Of a stretch of DNA of 64,000 nucleotides, positions 62,679-64,000 are shown one piece after another. The DNA is taken from assembly GCA_965223295.1 (NCBI GenBank), contig CBDCWC010000003.1, positions 864,001 to 928,000 of the forward strand, given 5' to 3'. Origin of the DNA: Nitrospirales bacterium (lineage in GTDB: Bacteria; Nitrospirota; Nitrospiria; Nitrospirales; UBA8639). The position numbers were made by a program, and so were the translations under genes. Below the pieces are notes generated by a model. It made no database searches and was not told where the DNA came from. It saw only the letters and a list, made by a program, of their open reading frames with translations. Within the stretch, counting starts at the first letter, position 1. Each line of letters starts with the position of its first letter.

Positions 62679-63155
62679 ATGAAAACACATCGCATTATAC
62701 ATTTCTTCAAGGCCCTACCTTTGATGATGTTTTTTGTTCTTATTAGCACGACTTCCAATTTGAGTCAGGCAGAAACTGAGCGTTCATTATATGAACGTCT
62801 CGGTGGATATGATGCGATCTCAGCCGTTGTCGACGTCTTTCTCACGAAGGTATGGGAGGACCCAATCGTCGGTCGTTTTTTTGTGGGCATGGGCACAGAT
62901 ACCCGCAACCAATTGCGGCAAAAGAATAAGAACTTGATATGCGCGAATACCGGAGGCCCTTGCAAAAAAATTAATCGCCCATTAGAAATCACACATGCAG
63001 GCTTGGGTATTACTGATAAAGAATTTGATATCGTCGTAGGCTATATAGGTGAGACGTTAAAAGAATTCAAAGTTCCTCACAAGGAATACGATGAACTCAT
63101 GACCAAAGTCGGCAACCTTCGCAACTATGTGGTAGAAGCAAGAATTAAAAAATAA
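62679..63155 (+). CDS. Group I truncated haemoglobin with signal peptide
   Basis: SLYERLGG, TGGP, proximal His in THAGLGIT; AAGGAG RBS. Confidence 0.9.
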   Translation: MKTHRIIHFFKALPLMMFFVLISTTSNLSQAETERSLYERLGGYDAISAVVDVFLTKVWEDPIVGRFFVGMGTDTRNQLRQKNKNLICANTGGPCKKINRPLEITHAGLGITDKEFDIVVGYIGETLKEFKVPHKEYDELMTKVGNLRNYVVEARIKK

Positions 63156-63164
63156 GCTGATAAC

Positions 63165-64000
63165 CTATTTTCGGCGAATAGCCACCAGACGGCCAATCAT
63201 TTCTTGGGGAAGATTAGGGGGAGGCGCACTCAGGTCAATGCGAGGACCCACGCCTTGCACAAGCTTGAGACCTTCGGATGTATTGATGATACCTTTGATA
63301 CGAAGAGCCTGAAGAGGTTGAAGCTCTTCAAGCAGCAGTTCTGGTGTGATACTAGAGGGGAAGGAGAGTTCTTGTGCTTCAAAGGCTTCATGCGTATGAG
63401 GAACATGTTCAGGTTTACGCGTACGCTTTGAAGCATTCAATGATAGAGGAGTTGGTGGAAAAACCACGGCTGTATCAATCTTTCCCTGAATGCTTCGAAT
63501 GAACGGAGCATCAGGAGCCATACCTTGAAGCAGACCTTCTACTTGTCCCAAAGAATTTTCTGCGACTAAATCGACTTTATTCAGCACCAGAATATCTGCT
63601 GAAGACACCTGCTGTTCGAATGTCCCTTCCAGATCCCGGTCTTCTGCGACTTGTTCAGCATTCGCCACTACCACCGCCAGACTTTCGCCAACCCATTCTG
63701 TAATTGGCTCTCTCCAAAACGTCATCAGCGTTTCGAAAGGCAATGCGACACCCGAGGTTTCGACGACGACCCGGTCTGGACGAACCGTCTCCCATAAGTT
63801 CTGGAGTGTCTCTAGTAACTCATTAGATAGCTGACAACAGACACAACCGCCCTCAAGCTCCACATATCCCGGACCGCCTTCTTCCTGAAGCAGCGCCCGA
63901 TCAATACCTAGTTCACCAAATTCATTGGAAACGACGGCGAGTTTGAGTCCCTGTTGTTGGGCATCCATGATGAGATGTTTGACGAGTGTGGTCTTCCCAG
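63165..64000 (-). CDS. CobW/COG0523 G3E GTPase metallochaperone; 5' end beyond the window
   Basis: GKTTL at the window edge, NEFGE, GCVCC, ETSG, NKVD. Confidence 0.92.
   Translation of the reverse strand, partial: GKTTLVKHLIMDAQQQGLKLAVVSNEFGELGIDRALLQEEGGPGYVELEGGCVCCQLSNELLETLQNLWETVRPDRVVVETSGVALPFETLMTFWREPITEWVGESLAVVVANAEQVAEDRDLEGTFEQQVSSADILVLNKVDLVAENSLGQVEGLLQGMAPDAPFIRSIQGKIDTAVVFPPTPLSLNASKRTRKPEHVPHTHEAFEAQELSFPSSITPELLLEELQPLQALRIKGIINTSEGLKLVQGVGPRIDLSAPPPNLPQEMIGRLVAIRRK

Overview
Bacterial chromosomal window, most consistent with a Nitrospira/Nitrospirales-like organism (inferred from gene content and repeat types, not proven). From left to right: (1) a K+ channel fragment and a gcvR-like gene; (2) a ~2-15.6 kb accessory tract of small stand-alone enzyme and regulator genes, several decayed, containing a pseudogenised small tyrosine recombinase, an IS1182 copy and a set of same-orientation ~28-bp imperfect-palindrome sites at gene boundaries (candidate integron-like cassette array); (3) an RND efflux operon whose TolC is fused to a substrate-binding-like domain; (4) a carbamoyltransferase/SxtJ/SxtK-like trio; (5) a MoxR-Bat operon; (6) an MNT-HEPN toxin-antitoxin module flanked by a duplication of the next gene's 5' end; (7) a Gld-type ABC operon; (8) tRNA-fMet interrupted by a 657-nt group I intron encoding an I-Ssp6803I-like PD-(D/E)xK homing endonuclease; (9) an AT-richer island with an IS1595 relic, a DUF4062-NTPase-TPR (NLR-like) gene, an M48 peptidase and a coiled-coil / longin-like-TM-OmpA / Rab-like GTPase / degenerate AAA+ module; (10) an RRM protein, zwf, a c-di-GMP-I riboswitch and sigma54 promoter ahead of two putative metal-binding proteins, an isoaspartyl peptidase, a two-component pair with an amber-interrupted regulator, an exported truncated haemoglobin and a COG0523 GTPase. 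No rRNA or CRISPR array was seen. All calls come from reading motifs by eye; no searches were run.
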